From positions 64,001 to 128,000 of the forward strand of contig JANNWY010000307.1 in assembly GCA_031409335.1 (NCBI GenBank): 64,000 bases of DNA, in the 5' to 3' direction. Of this stretch, positions 47,601 through 57,765 are shown in pieces. Position numbers and translations under genes: made by a program. The notes beneath the pieces are model-generated. The model did not search any database, was not told the DNA's origin, and saw only the letters and a list, made by a program, of their open reading frames with translations. Source of the stretch: Chthoniobacteraceae bacterium. Its GTDB lineage: Bacteria; Verrucomicrobiota; Verrucomicrobiia; Chthoniobacterales; Chthoniobacteraceae. The stretch's first letter is position 1, and every line of letters starts with the position of its first letter.

Positions 47601-49600
47601 ACGTCTCATCCATCGACTTCCCCAAATGGAGAGGCGCGCAGGGCAGCGAGTGGAGCACCAATACGATTTTGCCGGCGAAGAACTGGGCGCTCAACTCGAA
47701 TAACTCCGGCACCGACTTCCTCGTTGGCGACAAGGTTCTCTTTAACGACACCGCCACCACGACGCTCGTCGATATCAGCGTTGCCGACGTGCTGCCGCAG
47801 GAAGTCATCTTCGACAATTTGACGAAGGCATACACCCTCCAGGGTAGTAGCGGAATCGCAGGACTGATTGGCATCACCAAGAACGGCGACGGCTCTGCGA
47901 CCTCGCTGCTCACGATCATTAACACCAACAGCTTCACCGGCCCCGTCACGATGAATGGCGGCACCGTGAGTGTCGCGGTGGTCGCCGACAGCGGCGTCGC
48001 CAGCCCGCTCGGCGCGGGATCGAGCCTCGTCTTCAATGGCGGCACGCTGGAATTCACCGGAGCTGCCGGCACGACGAATCGCCCCACGACGATCGACGCG
48101 GGCGGCGGGACCGTGAAAACGGCCACCGCACTGGCGCTCACCGGCGTCCTCGGCGGCGCTGGCGATCTCACAAAATCCGGCAGCGGCGTGCTGACGCTCA
48201 CGGGCCTCAGCACCTTCAGCGGCGCGGTGAATATCAACGGTGGAACCGTCAGCGTTCCGACCATCGCCACATTCGGAGTCAACAGCCCGCTCGGCACTGG
48301 CACGGCGATGGCATTCGACGCCGGGACGCTCGACTACACCGGTGCGGTCGCGACCACGCTCGATCGCAACATCACGATCAACGGCGGCGGCTCAACCATC
48401 CGCAACGTGGGCAACGTCACCGCGAGCGGATTCATCTCCGGCACGGGAGGTCTCACCAAAGTCGGTGCGGGCGCGGTGATCCTCAGCGGCGCGGTTGACA
48501 ACACCTATTCCGGCGACACGCGCGTCACGCAAGGCGAGCTCATTCTGTCGAGTCCGAGCGGGATCAATTCGATCGGCGGCAATCTCATCGTCGAGACCGG
48601 TGCGATTGCGAGCTACGGCACCACTGCCGGGCAGTTGCAGGATCACATCCCGGACACGGCGAGCATCACGATCAATGGCGGCACCTTCGGATCGGGTTCG
48701 GGAAACACGGAGGCCGGGCCGACGGCGGGAGTCTCGGACACCGTCGCGAACGTGAGCGTCAGCAGCGGGAAATTCCTCAGCGGACGCGGCCCTGGCGGCG
48801 CGGCCAACGTTCGGCCCACGCCGTTTGTCATCACTGGTGCATTGGAAATGACGGGCGGCACCGCGCTGGTTTCGCGCGGTGGCTGGCTCACCGCAAACTC
48901 CGTCGAGATCGCGTCGCCCGCGGTCTTGAATCTCGATGGTGCCAGCGGCACACCGGAAAACCAGAGCCGCCTCACCGTCGGCGCGGGAGGACTTTCGCTG
49001 ACTGGCGCGACGATCAATTTCAACGCGGGACCGAACGCCATCGGCGCCGGCTCCGTCGGGAGTGTCCTGACGCTCAATGGCACCCTGACCTCCACCGGAA
49101 CGAGCAGCCTCGCGCGGCTCAGTCCCACCCTCTCAACGGCGATTGTCGATCTCGACGGCGCAGTACGCACCTTCGATGTCACCGGCGTCCTCACCGTCGC
49201 GCCCGATGTCGGCACGCTCGCGGACCTCGCGGCGGGCGGCATTTTAAAAACCGGCAGCGGCAAGCTCGCGCTCGAAGGCGCGCAGAGCTACACCTCGCTC
49301 ACGAACAACGCCGGGCGCACCGATGTCAGCAGGACCATCGGCACCGGCACATCGACCGTCACCGCAAACGCCGGCGAGGTGAATTTCGGTGCTTCGCAAA
49401 CGCTCACCTCGCTCGACATCGGCGCAGGTGCCGTCGTCACGCTCGGCTCGCCGCTGCCGCCCGCGCCGGAGCAGGGCATCGCCTTCGATGCCTCGTTCGC
49501 GGACGCCGTTTCGCCCGCCGCCGTGCCCGAGCCCGGCAGCGCTGCGATGATCCTCGCCGGCCTCGCGACACTGCTCGGCATCCGCCGTCGGCGCGTGTGA
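44615..49600 (+). CDS. PEP-CTERM protein with N-terminal globular domain and PATR repeats
   Basis: Signal peptide ending VHA; YSQNFD..TLRW..GIDD domain; PATR repeats; VPEP-TM-RRRR. Confidence 0.94.
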   Translation: MKTNSASFKRSSSLQRTILSASAASLLAAVLTVPQVHAQISIGAPSVYSQNFDTLPTVAGNWTDNTTLAGWYATSMNFFPATGVLAPLPLGAYTTGAARASGFFSAGTGTERALAWGATTTGYGASAMGVVFENTSGNTLSIGNISFNGEMYAGQATAGALDGLQFFYQVGGAAITNLAGTAVHANGALYAANAALEDTGWTRISGLEYFDSVAVAGQVQNPAKIKAVGLNAGLTLAPGEFITLRWRSLNDSGADGIVGIDDLLVNFLSAPNNLVYNRNTFPNGIVQIGGGNVWLNGANPAALGANDNAFFSQPGSAALDVQGSVPLNTINITAASGTNTFSGAGSMSGALIKSGAGNAALGNANTFSSLTISEAGVLQATVPQTISGPITAPFDPDGTPTIQTDADVTATSLNGAGTLIKTGTAALVLTGASAGTGGGGVSVTQGSLRTATAAALGPRNIAINGADAALSFAHTAGDQTLNAATTITPGAAGAEINVANGAIGLGVIIGTADRLIGANTITKTGPGILRMSANQTSFTGNWIINGGAVQYGNGLANALGSGSVTINTGGELAGQNTIVPVASITLNGGALGTRTGAATDFTGTVNVVANSEARLRSVSTPTGTQAFTISGVLTGAGDLTLTGNLPLTDSGGTAQLRLTNDANTFTGTFRATQFQTLTSERLAGTGSALNGRPVLLSGGRLRLLDNGAADNGTITFGNNVTVDSGVASVDVDRQAAGTFSGNAIQLGTLAIAGGSTLGSTGGNGYQAHFTGLTSVTGAGDVTFSPTTAPLILAGGIGGGTYGIVKNGTGVFGINGNASYTGNTTVNEGTFGTNGQLTGTPRIDIRTGATLDVSLVAGGFNVGAGQTLAGTGSVAGSANVLSGGTIEGGDLLGVGTLTTGPLTLGASAIVRAAGGNVGGSIVVSGTDTLTATGPLASVTVNVIGAQPAIGQHVLIDYDGVIGGPNGFGAFTLGTLPPRTTATLQNDANPLITTIFLDVSSIDFPKWRGAQGSEWSTNTILPAKNWALNSNNSGTDFLVGDKVLFNDTATTTLVDISVADVLPQEVIFDNLTKAYTLQGSSGIAGLIGITKNGDGSATSLLTIINTNSFTGPVTMNGGTVSVAVVADSGVASPLGAGSSLVFNGGTLEFTGAAGTTNRPTTIDAGGGTVKTATALALTGVLGGAGDLTKSGSGVLTLTGLSTFSGAVNINGGTVSVPTIATFGVNSPLGTGTAMAFDAGTLDYTGAVATTLDRNITINGGGSTIRNVGNVTASGFISGTGGLTKVGAGAVILSGAVDNTYSGDTRVTQGELILSSPSGINSIGGNLIVETGAIASYGTTAGQLQDHIPDTASITINGGTFGSGSGNTEAGPTAGVSDTVANVSVSSGKFLSGRGPGGAANVRPTPFVITGALEMTGGTALVSRGGWLTANSVEIASPAVLNLDGASGTPENQSRLTVGAGGLSLTGATINFNAGPNAIGAGSVGSVLTLNGTLTSTGTSSLARLSPTLSTAIVDLDGAVRTFDVTGVLTVAPDVGTLADLAAGGILKTGSGKLALEGAQSYTSLTNNAGRTDVSRTIGTGTSTVTANAGEVNFGASQTLTSLDIGAGAVVTLGSPLPPAPEQGIAFDASFADAVSPAAVPEPGSAAMILAGLATLLGIRRRRV

Positions 49601-49671
49601 ACGGCGATCCGCCGCACAGTGCCGGCTCAAACACGGGCGATCCCGCTGCCCCGACAGGAAGACCTTCCCCT

Positions 49672-52600
49672 ATGAAAACCAACGCAATCCTCACCCGCGG
49701 CATCGCCACTCTTTTCGCACTTGCGCCCTTCGCGGCGCATGGCGCGGCGGACACGCTCACCGGCACCGGCGGTGCCACTCAGCCGGGCGTCTCGTGGGCG
49801 CCGACGACTGCGGCCGGTGGCACCATCGGCGTTTGGAGTCTCGGCGCGATACCGGGCGCGGGCGACAACGCGATCATCGCCGCGACCGGTCTGATCGATG
49901 TCCGCGGCTCGGCGGCGGCGTTCAATCCGAGCGCGACGGTGGGAACCACCGAGATTCAGGATCTCACCTTCAACAGCACGGCGGCGGTGACATTGAACAA
50001 CAATACCACCTCGCGGGACATGGTGCTCATCCTGAATGGCGGACGCGGCGCGGGTGTGCCGCTCATTTCGACGATCGGCGATTTCGCGTACACGATTCAA
50101 GGGGCGGGCAGCAATGGCACCACGCCGAGGCCGCTGCGGCTGCAACTCAACGCAAGCGGCGGCATCGACGTGACGGCGAACGCGCTCTCGATCAGCGCCG
50201 TCATCACTGAAAGTGGCGGCGCGCGGAGCCTCAGTAAAACTGGCGCGGGCAGGCTCGTGCTGAGTGGTGCGAATACGTTCACGGGTGGCATCGCGCTTTC
50301 GGCGGGAATCCTGCGCGCCACGGGAAATGCGGGCGCGCTCGGCACGGGAACGCTCACGCTCGCGGGCGGGGAACTGCAACTCGCGAACGACGCGGCGACC
50401 GCTTTCAACCGCAACACCGTCGTCACCGCGAACGCCCAGATCACCAGTGATCGCGCGGCGGCGGGCGCGGGCGTGACGCATACGCTGGGCACGCTCGCGA
50501 TCGGCGCGCAGACGCTCACGATCGCGCCGGGCGCGCTCAGCACTTCGGGAACGGCGGGCGTCACTTTCGGTGCGACCACGCTTTCCGGCGCGGCCATTTT
50601 TTCCGTGGCGACGGGCGCGGCGCTCACGCTCGGCGCGACCGATGTCGGCGCAAATCCGCTCACCGCGAGCGGCCCGGGCACGATGACGATCAGCGGCGCG
50701 ATCAGCGCGGGCGCGGGTGGTCTCGTGCGGGGCGGCGCGGGGCGCGTGATCCTCGCGGGCGCGAGCACTTTCACCACGGGCGCGACGCTGCTGGAGGGCG
50801 TGACGGAGGTGACGAACAACGACGCGCTCGGCACGGGCGCAATCGCGATCAACAGCGGCGCGACGCTCGAAGTGAATCTCGCGGGCGCGAATCTCCGCGC
50901 CGCGTCCATCACCGCGAATCCCGGCGGACGCGTCGCGGTGCGCGGGCTGACGTTGAACAGCGCGGTGACGCTCGCGGGCGGCATCCTCGGCACCCGCACG
51001 AACGATCTCGGGACATTCGCCGGGCCGGTGAATGTCGCGGCGAATTCGTCGGTGGAGCTGATCAATTACACCGCGCCCGCGAACAATCAGAGCATCATCA
51101 TTTCCGGCAAACTCTCCGGCGCGAACACGCTCAACGTCGTCGGCGGCGCGACGGCGAACGCGGGAGCGAAGGCGCTGATTCTCACCGACACCGCGAACGA
51201 TTTCAGCGGCGTTTTCAATGTCGCGTCCGGCCAGCGGCTCAGCAGCATTCCCGCCGCCACGACCGGCAGCACGCTCGGCACGGCGTCGGTGAATCTCAGC
51301 GGGGGATTTTTGCGCCTGAATGACAACGGCGTCGGTGTGGATGGCACGCTCGCGTACGGCAACAACCTCACCGTCGGCGGCGCGAGCACGATCGATCTCG
51401 ATCGCGTGAACGGCGCAAACAGCGGCAACACTTTCGTCCTCGGCACGCTCACCGCCGGATCGGGCACGCTCACGATCAATGGCGCGAATGGCTACAAGGC
51501 GAGCTTCACCGGCGGCACGCTGAACGGCAGCGCGACGATCAATCACGCCGGCGCGGTCGCGATCACCGGCGCGATCGGGGGATTTTTTGGGCTGAACAAA
51601 ACCGGTGCGGGCACGCTCACGCTCGGCGGCGCGAATACTTATCTCGGCACGACGACTGTCAGCGTGGGCGGATTGAATCTCACCGGCTCGCTCGCGGGTG
51701 TGCTCGCGCTCGGCGCGAATACGACGCTCTCTGGCGCAGGCACGGTGCTCGCCGGCACGTCGGTCGCCAACGGCGCGGTGCTCAATCCCGGCAACGCGAA
51801 CGCGGGCACTTTCACCACGGGCGCGCTCACCTTTGGCGCGGCGGACGCGGACTTGGCGACGGTGAATTTCACCACCGGCGCGGTGCCGGGAAACATCAAC
51901 GTGACCGCCGCAAACGGACTCGCTGCTTTCGGCGCAGCCGGCTCGGTCGGGCTGAAGCTGCTCACGACGCTGCCCGCGCTCGGCACGCACACCGTCATCG
52001 ACTACAGCGGCGCGATCGGCGGCACTGGCTTCTCCGCTTTCACCCTCGCCCCGCTGCCAAATCCGCGCATCGTCGCCACGCTCGCGAACAACCTCGCCGC
52101 CACGCGCATCGAACTCACCGTCACCGCCGTCGATGCCCCGCGCTGGAGCGGCGCGTTGAGCGGCGAATGGAGCACTGCCATTCTCGGCACGCCGAAAAAC
52201 TGGAGCCTCATCATCGGCGTGGGAACGACCGACTTCATCAGCGGCGACAACGCGCTCTTCGACGACGCGGCCGCGGGTGGCGTGCGCGACATCGTTTTGA
52301 ATGTGGAAAACGTGGCACCGGACAGCGTCGTTTTCGACAACTCGTTCGCGGTCCCCTACACACTCAGCGGCACGAACGCGATCGCCGGCACCACGGGGCT
52401 GACGAAGACGCGCAACGGCACGCTCACGATCTCGAATACGAACAGCTTCACCGGTCCCGTCAGCATCAGCGCGGGCACGATCAGCGTGAACGCAGTCGCC
52501 AACAGCGCGGCGAACAGTCCGCTCGGAGCAGGCGCGATCGTGAATATCTCAAATGGCGGCACGCTGGATTTCACTGGCGCGACGGGCAGCACGAATCGCG

Positions 52601-54477
52601 CGCTCAATGTCGGCGCGGGCGGCGGCACCGTGCGCATCCCCGCCGCCTCCACGCTGACGCAGGCGGGCGCGATCACCGCGGCGGGCTTGTTCACTTTGGA
52701 AAATGCGGGCACTGCGACCCTGAGCGGAGCGATCGGCGGAGCGGCGGGAGTCGTCGTGAACACCAGCGGCACGACCAGCATTTCCGGGAACGTCGCGACC
52801 GCGCTGACGCTCAACGGCGCGGGCAGCAGCGCGATTTCCGGCAACATCACCATCGCCAGCGTGCTCACCAAAAACGGCTCCGCCACCACGACGCTCACCG
52901 GCGCTGCGAACAATCCAGTCAGCACCACGATCGCCGCGGGCATCCTCCAGATCGGCGATGGCGTCGCCTCGGGCAGCATCGGCAATGGCGTCATCACCAA
53001 CAACGCCATCCTCGCCTTCAACAATCCCGCGGCGGTCACGGCCGGCGGCGCGATCGGCGGCACCGGCATCCTGACGAAGACCGGCGCGGGGATCACGACG
53101 CTCAGCGGCGCGGCGGCAAATACGTTCACCGGAACGACGACGGTGAGCGGCGGCAATCTCGTGCTCGCGAAAACTTCCGGCGTCGATGCGATCGGTGGAA
53201 ATCTCGTCATCGAAACCGGCGGCACCGTTTCCTACAGCGCGACCGCCGGTCAGTTCGCGGATCACATTCCAAACACCGCGACCATCACGATCAACGGCGG
53301 CACCTTCGGCTCCGGCGTGGGCGCGACGCTCGCCGCGCCGACGACGGGCGTGATGGACACCGTCGGGAATGTCACCGTCAACAGCGGCACCTTCCTCAGC
53401 GGGCGCGGTCCCGGCGCGACGCCCGCGCCGTTCGTGGTGCTCGGCGATTTCAAAGTGCTCGGCGGAAACGCGCTCGTGCAGCGCGGCGGCGCGCTCACCG
53501 CGACTTCCGTGCAACTCACCGCGCCCGCCGTGCTCGACCTCGACGGCGGCAGCGGCACGGCAAACAATCAGAGCCGGCTGAATGTCGGTGGGGACGGACT
53601 CGCGCTGACCGGCGCGACGATCAATCTCAACGCCGGGCCGAGCACCGTGAATGCCGCGTCGCTCGGCAGCATCGTGACCCTCGGCGGCAACGTGATTTCC
53701 ACCGGCACGAGCAGCATCGCGCGATTGAATCCGACGCTGTCGAATGCGTTTGTCGATCTCGCCGCGGCCACCCGCACCTTCGATGTCGCGGGCGCGCTGA
53801 CCATCGCGCCCGCGGTGCGAAATGGCGGACTTCTCAAGACCAACGCCGGCACGCTGACGCTCACCGGCGTGAACACGCACGCCGACGGCACGACGATCAC
53901 CGGCGGCATTTTGAATGCGAACGCCGACGCTGCGCTCGGTGCCGCGGCGGGTCCCGTCACAATCAGTGGTGGCGCAGTGCTGCAAGCTGGCGGCGCGATT
54001 TCCACGACCGCGCGCACGGTCACGCTCGGAGCTGGCGGCGGACGCATCGACACGAATGGCAACGCCGTCACGCTCGGCATCGGCAGCACCGTCACCGGCA
54101 CGAGTTTGACGAAAGTCGGCACAGGCACACTGACTCTCGCCGGCACCCAGACCTACGACACGCTCACGACTTCCGCGGGCCGCACCGATCTCACCAGCGC
54201 GCTCGGCACGGGCACCTCGACGATCAACTCCAACGCCGAAACCAACACCAGCGTCAGCCAGACCCTCACCGCGTTGAACATCGGCGACGGCGCGGTTTTC
54301 TCATTGGGCGCGCTGCCGCCCGCGCCCGCGCCGGGCCTCGCTTTCGAGCCAGCGTTCGCAAATTTCGAAGCAGCCGTGTCGTCCGCCGCCGCAGTCCCCG
54401 AGCCAGGCGCGACCGCGCTCCTGCTCGGAGCCGTCGTGATGTTTTTCGGACGCCTTCCGCGTTCGGATTTGCGTTAA
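49672..54477 (+). CDS. PEP-CTERM protein with PATR repeats, tandem paralog of 44615
   Basis: MKTN signal peptide; shared blocks such as IGGNL..ETG..DHIP and FLSGRGPG; VPEP-TM with a weakly basic tail. Confidence 0.93.
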   Translation: MKTNAILTRGIATLFALAPFAAHGAADTLTGTGGATQPGVSWAPTTAAGGTIGVWSLGAIPGAGDNAIIAATGLIDVRGSAAAFNPSATVGTTEIQDLTFNSTAAVTLNNNTTSRDMVLILNGGRGAGVPLISTIGDFAYTIQGAGSNGTTPRPLRLQLNASGGIDVTANALSISAVITESGGARSLSKTGAGRLVLSGANTFTGGIALSAGILRATGNAGALGTGTLTLAGGELQLANDAATAFNRNTVVTANAQITSDRAAAGAGVTHTLGTLAIGAQTLTIAPGALSTSGTAGVTFGATTLSGAAIFSVATGAALTLGATDVGANPLTASGPGTMTISGAISAGAGGLVRGGAGRVILAGASTFTTGATLLEGVTEVTNNDALGTGAIAINSGATLEVNLAGANLRAASITANPGGRVAVRGLTLNSAVTLAGGILGTRTNDLGTFAGPVNVAANSSVELINYTAPANNQSIIISGKLSGANTLNVVGGATANAGAKALILTDTANDFSGVFNVASGQRLSSIPAATTGSTLGTASVNLSGGFLRLNDNGVGVDGTLAYGNNLTVGGASTIDLDRVNGANSGNTFVLGTLTAGSGTLTINGANGYKASFTGGTLNGSATINHAGAVAITGAIGGFFGLNKTGAGTLTLGGANTYLGTTTVSVGGLNLTGSLAGVLALGANTTLSGAGTVLAGTSVANGAVLNPGNANAGTFTTGALTFGAADADLATVNFTTGAVPGNINVTAANGLAAFGAAGSVGLKLLTTLPALGTHTVIDYSGAIGGTGFSAFTLAPLPNPRIVATLANNLAATRIELTVTAVDAPRWSGALSGEWSTAILGTPKNWSLIIGVGTTDFISGDNALFDDAAAGGVRDIVLNVENVAPDSVVFDNSFAVPYTLSGTNAIAGTTGLTKTRNGTLTISNTNSFTGPVSISAGTISVNAVANSAANSPLGAGAIVNISNGGTLDFTGATGSTNRALNVGAGGGTVRIPAASTLTQAGAITAAGLFTLENAGTATLSGAIGGAAGVVVNTSGTTSISGNVATALTLNGAGSSAISGNITIASVLTKNGSATTTLTGAANNPVSTTIAAGILQIGDGVASGSIGNGVITNNAILAFNNPAAVTAGGAIGGTGILTKTGAGITTLSGAAANTFTGTTTVSGGNLVLAKTSGVDAIGGNLVIETGGTVSYSATAGQFADHIPNTATITINGGTFGSGVGATLAAPTTGVMDTVGNVTVNSGTFLSGRGPGATPAPFVVLGDFKVLGGNALVQRGGALTATSVQLTAPAVLDLDGGSGTANNQSRLNVGGDGLALTGATINLNAGPSTVNAASLGSIVTLGGNVISTGTSSIARLNPTLSNAFVDLAAATRTFDVAGALTIAPAVRNGGLLKTNAGTLTLTGVNTHADGTTITGGILNANADAALGAAAGPVTISGGAVLQAGGAISTTARTVTLGAGGGRIDTNGNAVTLGIGSTVTGTSLTKVGTGTLTLAGTQTYDTLTTSAGRTDLTSALGTGTSTINSNAETNTSVSQTLTALNIGDGAVFSLGALPPAPAPGLAFEPAFANFEAAVSSAAAVPEPGATALLLGAVVMFFGRLPRSDLR

Positions 54478-54505
54478 GAATCCGCGCGGCATCGCGATTG
54501 CGTTG

Positions 54506-57505
54506 ATGCCCATGCCTGCCAAGAATTCCCCGTATTTCCGACCGGCGGTCGTGGCGTGCTTTTTTGGAATGCTCGCGCAGTTCGCGTTCGCCGCGGATGC
54601 GCTGGACTTCGTGAAGGACGTGCGCCCGATTTTGGAGCGAAGCTGCTTTGGCTGTCACGGGCCGGAGAAGCAGAAGAATGGCTACCGGCTGGATGTGCGC
54701 GCGGTGGCTTTGAAAGGCGGCGAGAGCGGCGAGCGGGCGATCGTGCCGCACGATGCGAAGGCGAGTCCGCTGATCCGCTACGTGAGCGGCGAGGATGAGG
54801 AGATGCTGATGCCGCCGAAGAAAAGCGACGCGACGCGGCTGACCGCGGAACAGGTGGCGACCTTGCGCGCGTGGATCGACGCCGGGCCAGCGTGGCCCGA
54901 TGAATTTGCCGGAGCTGCCGACACCAAGCCGCACTGGTCGCTGCAACCGCTCGTGAAACCGCCGGTGCCGGGCAGCGACGCAAATCCGATCGACGCTTTC
55001 ATCCGCGCAAAACTCGCAGGAAAAAAGATCGCACCTTCGCCGGAAGCAGATGCGCACACGCTGATCCGCCGCGTGTCCTTCGATCTCACCGGATTGCCGC
55101 CAACGCCCGCGGAAGTGGACGCCTTTTCCCATGAGTCGAATGGGTCCACTGAGTCCTATGAAAAGATCGTGGACCACCTGCTCGCGAGCCCGCGCCACGG
55201 CGAACGCTGGGCGCGGCACTGGCTCGATACGATCCACTTCGCCGACTCGCACGGCTTTGAACACGACGTCGGTCGCGACCACGCGTGGCGCTTCCGCGAC
55301 TACGTGATCGCCGCGCTGAACCACGACGCGCCGTGGCCGCGCTTCGTCCGCGAGCAATTGGCCGCGGACGTGTTTTTCCCCGATGAACCGCAGCTCACTC
55401 CCGCGCTCGGTTTTCTCGGCGCGGGGACGTTCGATCTGAGCGCCTTCGGCACCGCGCCGGTTACGTTCGACTACCTCGATCGCGACGATCTGGTGACACA
55501 GACGATGGCCGCTTTCGTCAGCACCACGGCGAATTGCGCGCGCTGCCACGCGCACAAATTCGATCCCATCACGCAGGAGGATTATTACGCGCTGCAAGCC
55601 GTGTTCGCCGGCATTTTGAAAGGCGACGTTTCCTACGATGAAGACCTCGCGGTAAAGCGCCAGCGGCAGCGCTGGCAATCGCTGCTCGCCGCCGCGGACA
55701 AGCGCGATGCCGCCGTGCTGCTCGCCGCTGAAAACGCGTCGCTGACCGATGAGTGGCTCGCGCAACGCGGCGCGGGAGCGCGCTGGCAGCCGCTGGATGC
55801 GGAGACGTTTCTCTCCGCGGAAGGCGCGACGCTCACGCGCGACGCGGACGGCGTCATCCTTGCCAGCGGCGTGCTGCCGGAGCGCGACACTTACACGGTC
55901 ACGGTCGCGACACTGCCCGAGCGTATCATCGCGCTGCGGCTGAATGTGCTGCCGCACGATTCGCTGCCGATGCGCGGGCCGGGCCGCTGCGAAAACGGAA
56001 ATTTGCACCTTTCCGAAATCGAACTCCGCATCTTCGCGCCCGGTGCGCCGGAAGGTCGCGTGACGAAAATTTCCAGCGTGACTGCGGACTTCAATCAGGC
56101 TGGATGGGGCATCGAGCGCGGTCTGGATGGTGACATTAAAACCGCGTGGGGCATTCATCCCGCCGTCGGGCAGGCGCATCACGCGGTCTTCGCGCTCGCG
56201 GAACCGCTCACGCTGAAAGCGGGCGCGCGGCTTTCCATCACACTGCGCCAGGCGCACGGCGGCTCGCATCTCATCGGCGCATTCAGCCTCGCGGTGACGA
56301 CCGACGCCGCTGCCAACGCCACCGCACTTCCCGGCGAAATCGAAGCCGCACTCGCCGCCACCGAGCGCACGGAAACGCAACGCATCGCGCTCGCCGCGCA
56401 CGCGCTGCGGATCGTCGCGAATCAAGCACTGGCCAGGCTTCCGCCGCAGTCCATCGTCTTCGCCGCCGCCGCCGCGGTGAACATCCCATCCGGCGAGGGC
56501 GCGATGCAGTCGCGCGCGCTCCCCGAGCCAAAGGTCGTGAACATTTTGCATCGCGGCGACTTCGACAAACCGCGCGCCATCGCCGCGCCCGGCGCACTGT
56601 CCGCGCTCACCCATTTGCCCGCGCGTTTCATTTTGAAAAACCCGAAGGACGAAGCCGAACGCCGCGCCGCGCTCGCCGACTGGATCGCGCACCGCGACAA
56701 CGTACTGGCGTGGCGCAGCATCGTGAATCGCGTGTGGCACCACCATTTCGGGCGCGGCCTCTGCGACACGCCGAGCGATTTTGGAAAAATGGGCGGGGAA
56801 CCTTCGCACGTCGAATTGCTCGACTGGCTCGCCGTCTGGTTCCGCGACGACGCGCACGGTTCGCTGAAAAAATTGCACCGTCTCATCGTCACCAGCGCGA
56901 CCTACCGGCAGTCTTCCGCGCTGCGCGAAGACGCCGCGAAACTCGACGCCGACAACCGCCTGCTCTGGCGGCAAAACCGCCACCGCCTCGACGCCGACGC
57001 CGTGCGCGATTTCACCCTCGCCGCCTCCGGCCAGCTCGACCTGACGATGGCCGGCCCGAGCATCCGCCATTTCAAAGCCAGCAAAGGCCCGCAAGCCACG
57101 CCCGCGCTCGACTACACCGCCTACGATTGGAACAGCCCCGGCGCAGGCCGCCGCAGCATTTACCGCAACGTCTGGCGCGGCATCGCCGATCCCTTCATGG
57201 AAGCCCTCGACTTCCCCGACCTCGGCCTGCTCGCCCCCGCGCGCAATTTCTCCGTCTCCTCGCTGCAAGCCCTCACGCTTTTCAACAACGACTTCATCCT
57301 GCAAAACAGCGCGGCTTTGGCGCAGCGCGCAGCGCTCGAAACGCCCGCGCTCGAGGCACAAATCAGCAACGCCGTGCGCCTCGTCTGGCTGCGCAATCCG
57401 ACCGCGGATGAACACCGCGATTTCACCGACTTCACCCGCGCGAATGGCCTGCCCGCGCTCTGCCGCGTGCTGCTGAACAGCAACGAATTTCTCTTCATCC
57501 CGTGA
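54506..57505 (+). CDS. Planctomycete cytochrome c + DUF1549 + DUF1553 (PSD1) protein
   Basis: CFGCH, MPPK, HWS, GERWARHWLD, CARCHAHKFDPI, VNRVW..HFG.GL and PSH.ELLDWLA; ends NSNEFLF. Confidence 0.95.
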   Translation: MPMPAKNSPYFRPAVVACFFGMLAQFAFAADALDFVKDVRPILERSCFGCHGPEKQKNGYRLDVRAVALKGGESGERAIVPHDAKASPLIRYVSGEDEEMLMPPKKSDATRLTAEQVATLRAWIDAGPAWPDEFAGAADTKPHWSLQPLVKPPVPGSDANPIDAFIRAKLAGKKIAPSPEADAHTLIRRVSFDLTGLPPTPAEVDAFSHESNGSTESYEKIVDHLLASPRHGERWARHWLDTIHFADSHGFEHDVGRDHAWRFRDYVIAALNHDAPWPRFVREQLAADVFFPDEPQLTPALGFLGAGTFDLSAFGTAPVTFDYLDRDDLVTQTMAAFVSTTANCARCHAHKFDPITQEDYYALQAVFAGILKGDVSYDEDLAVKRQRQRWQSLLAAADKRDAAVLLAAENASLTDEWLAQRGAGARWQPLDAETFLSAEGATLTRDADGVILASGVLPERDTYTVTVATLPERIIALRLNVLPHDSLPMRGPGRCENGNLHLSEIELRIFAPGAPEGRVTKISSVTADFNQAGWGIERGLDGDIKTAWGIHPAVGQAHHAVFALAEPLTLKAGARLSITLRQAHGGSHLIGAFSLAVTTDAAANATALPGEIEAALAATERTETQRIALAAHALRIVANQALARLPPQSIVFAAAAAVNIPSGEGAMQSRALPEPKVVNILHRGDFDKPRAIAAPGALSALTHLPARFILKNPKDEAERRAALADWIAHRDNVLAWRSIVNRVWHHHFGRGLCDTPSDFGKMGGEPSHVELLDWLAVWFRDDAHGSLKKLHRLIVTSATYRQSSALREDAAKLDADNRLLWRQNRHRLDADAVRDFTLAASGQLDLTMAGPSIRHFKASKGPQATPALDYTAYDWNSPGAGRRSIYRNVWRGIADPFMEALDFPDLGLLAPARNFSVSSLQALTLFNNDFILQNSAALAQRAALETPALEAQISNAVRLVWLRNPTADEHRDFTDFTRANGLPALCRVLLNSNEFLFIP

Positions 57506-57510
57506 GCGCA

Positions 57511-57695
57511 AGTAGCGCAGGCGCCCCGCCTGTCGGCTGTAGTAGCGCAGGCGCCTCGCCTGTCGGCTGTAGTAGCGCAGGCGCCTCGCCTGCCGGCAGT
57601 CCGGGCGGGCACCCCGCCTGCATGACCTCCCGGGAACGAACATGCAGGCGAGGCGCCCGCCCAGACAGCCGGCAGGCGGGGCGCCTGCGCTACTT
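57511..57695. repeat. GTAG-type REP cluster: three 30-bp tandem units plus a long inverted arm
   Basis: AGTAGCGCAGGCGCCTCGCCTGTCGGCTGT x3 (57511-57600). Positions ~57571-57624 pair with ~57641-57694. Confidence 0.9.
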
Positions 57696-57765
57696 CCTTT
57701 TCGTGCGCCGCTGGGCGCATGAAACCGGAGATTGAGATTGCACGCGCCCTGTGCATCATCGCGCG

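Noticed and set aside
4851..54477. Calling the PATR proteins classical autotransporters, or invoking a diversity-generating retroelement
   Set aside because: No C-terminal beta-barrel, no reverse transcriptase, and no template/variable repeat pair with adenine-specific differences.
57511..57600. CRISPR array
   Set aside because: The 30-bp units are contiguous with no unique spacers, and there are no cas genes; it fits a REP cluster.
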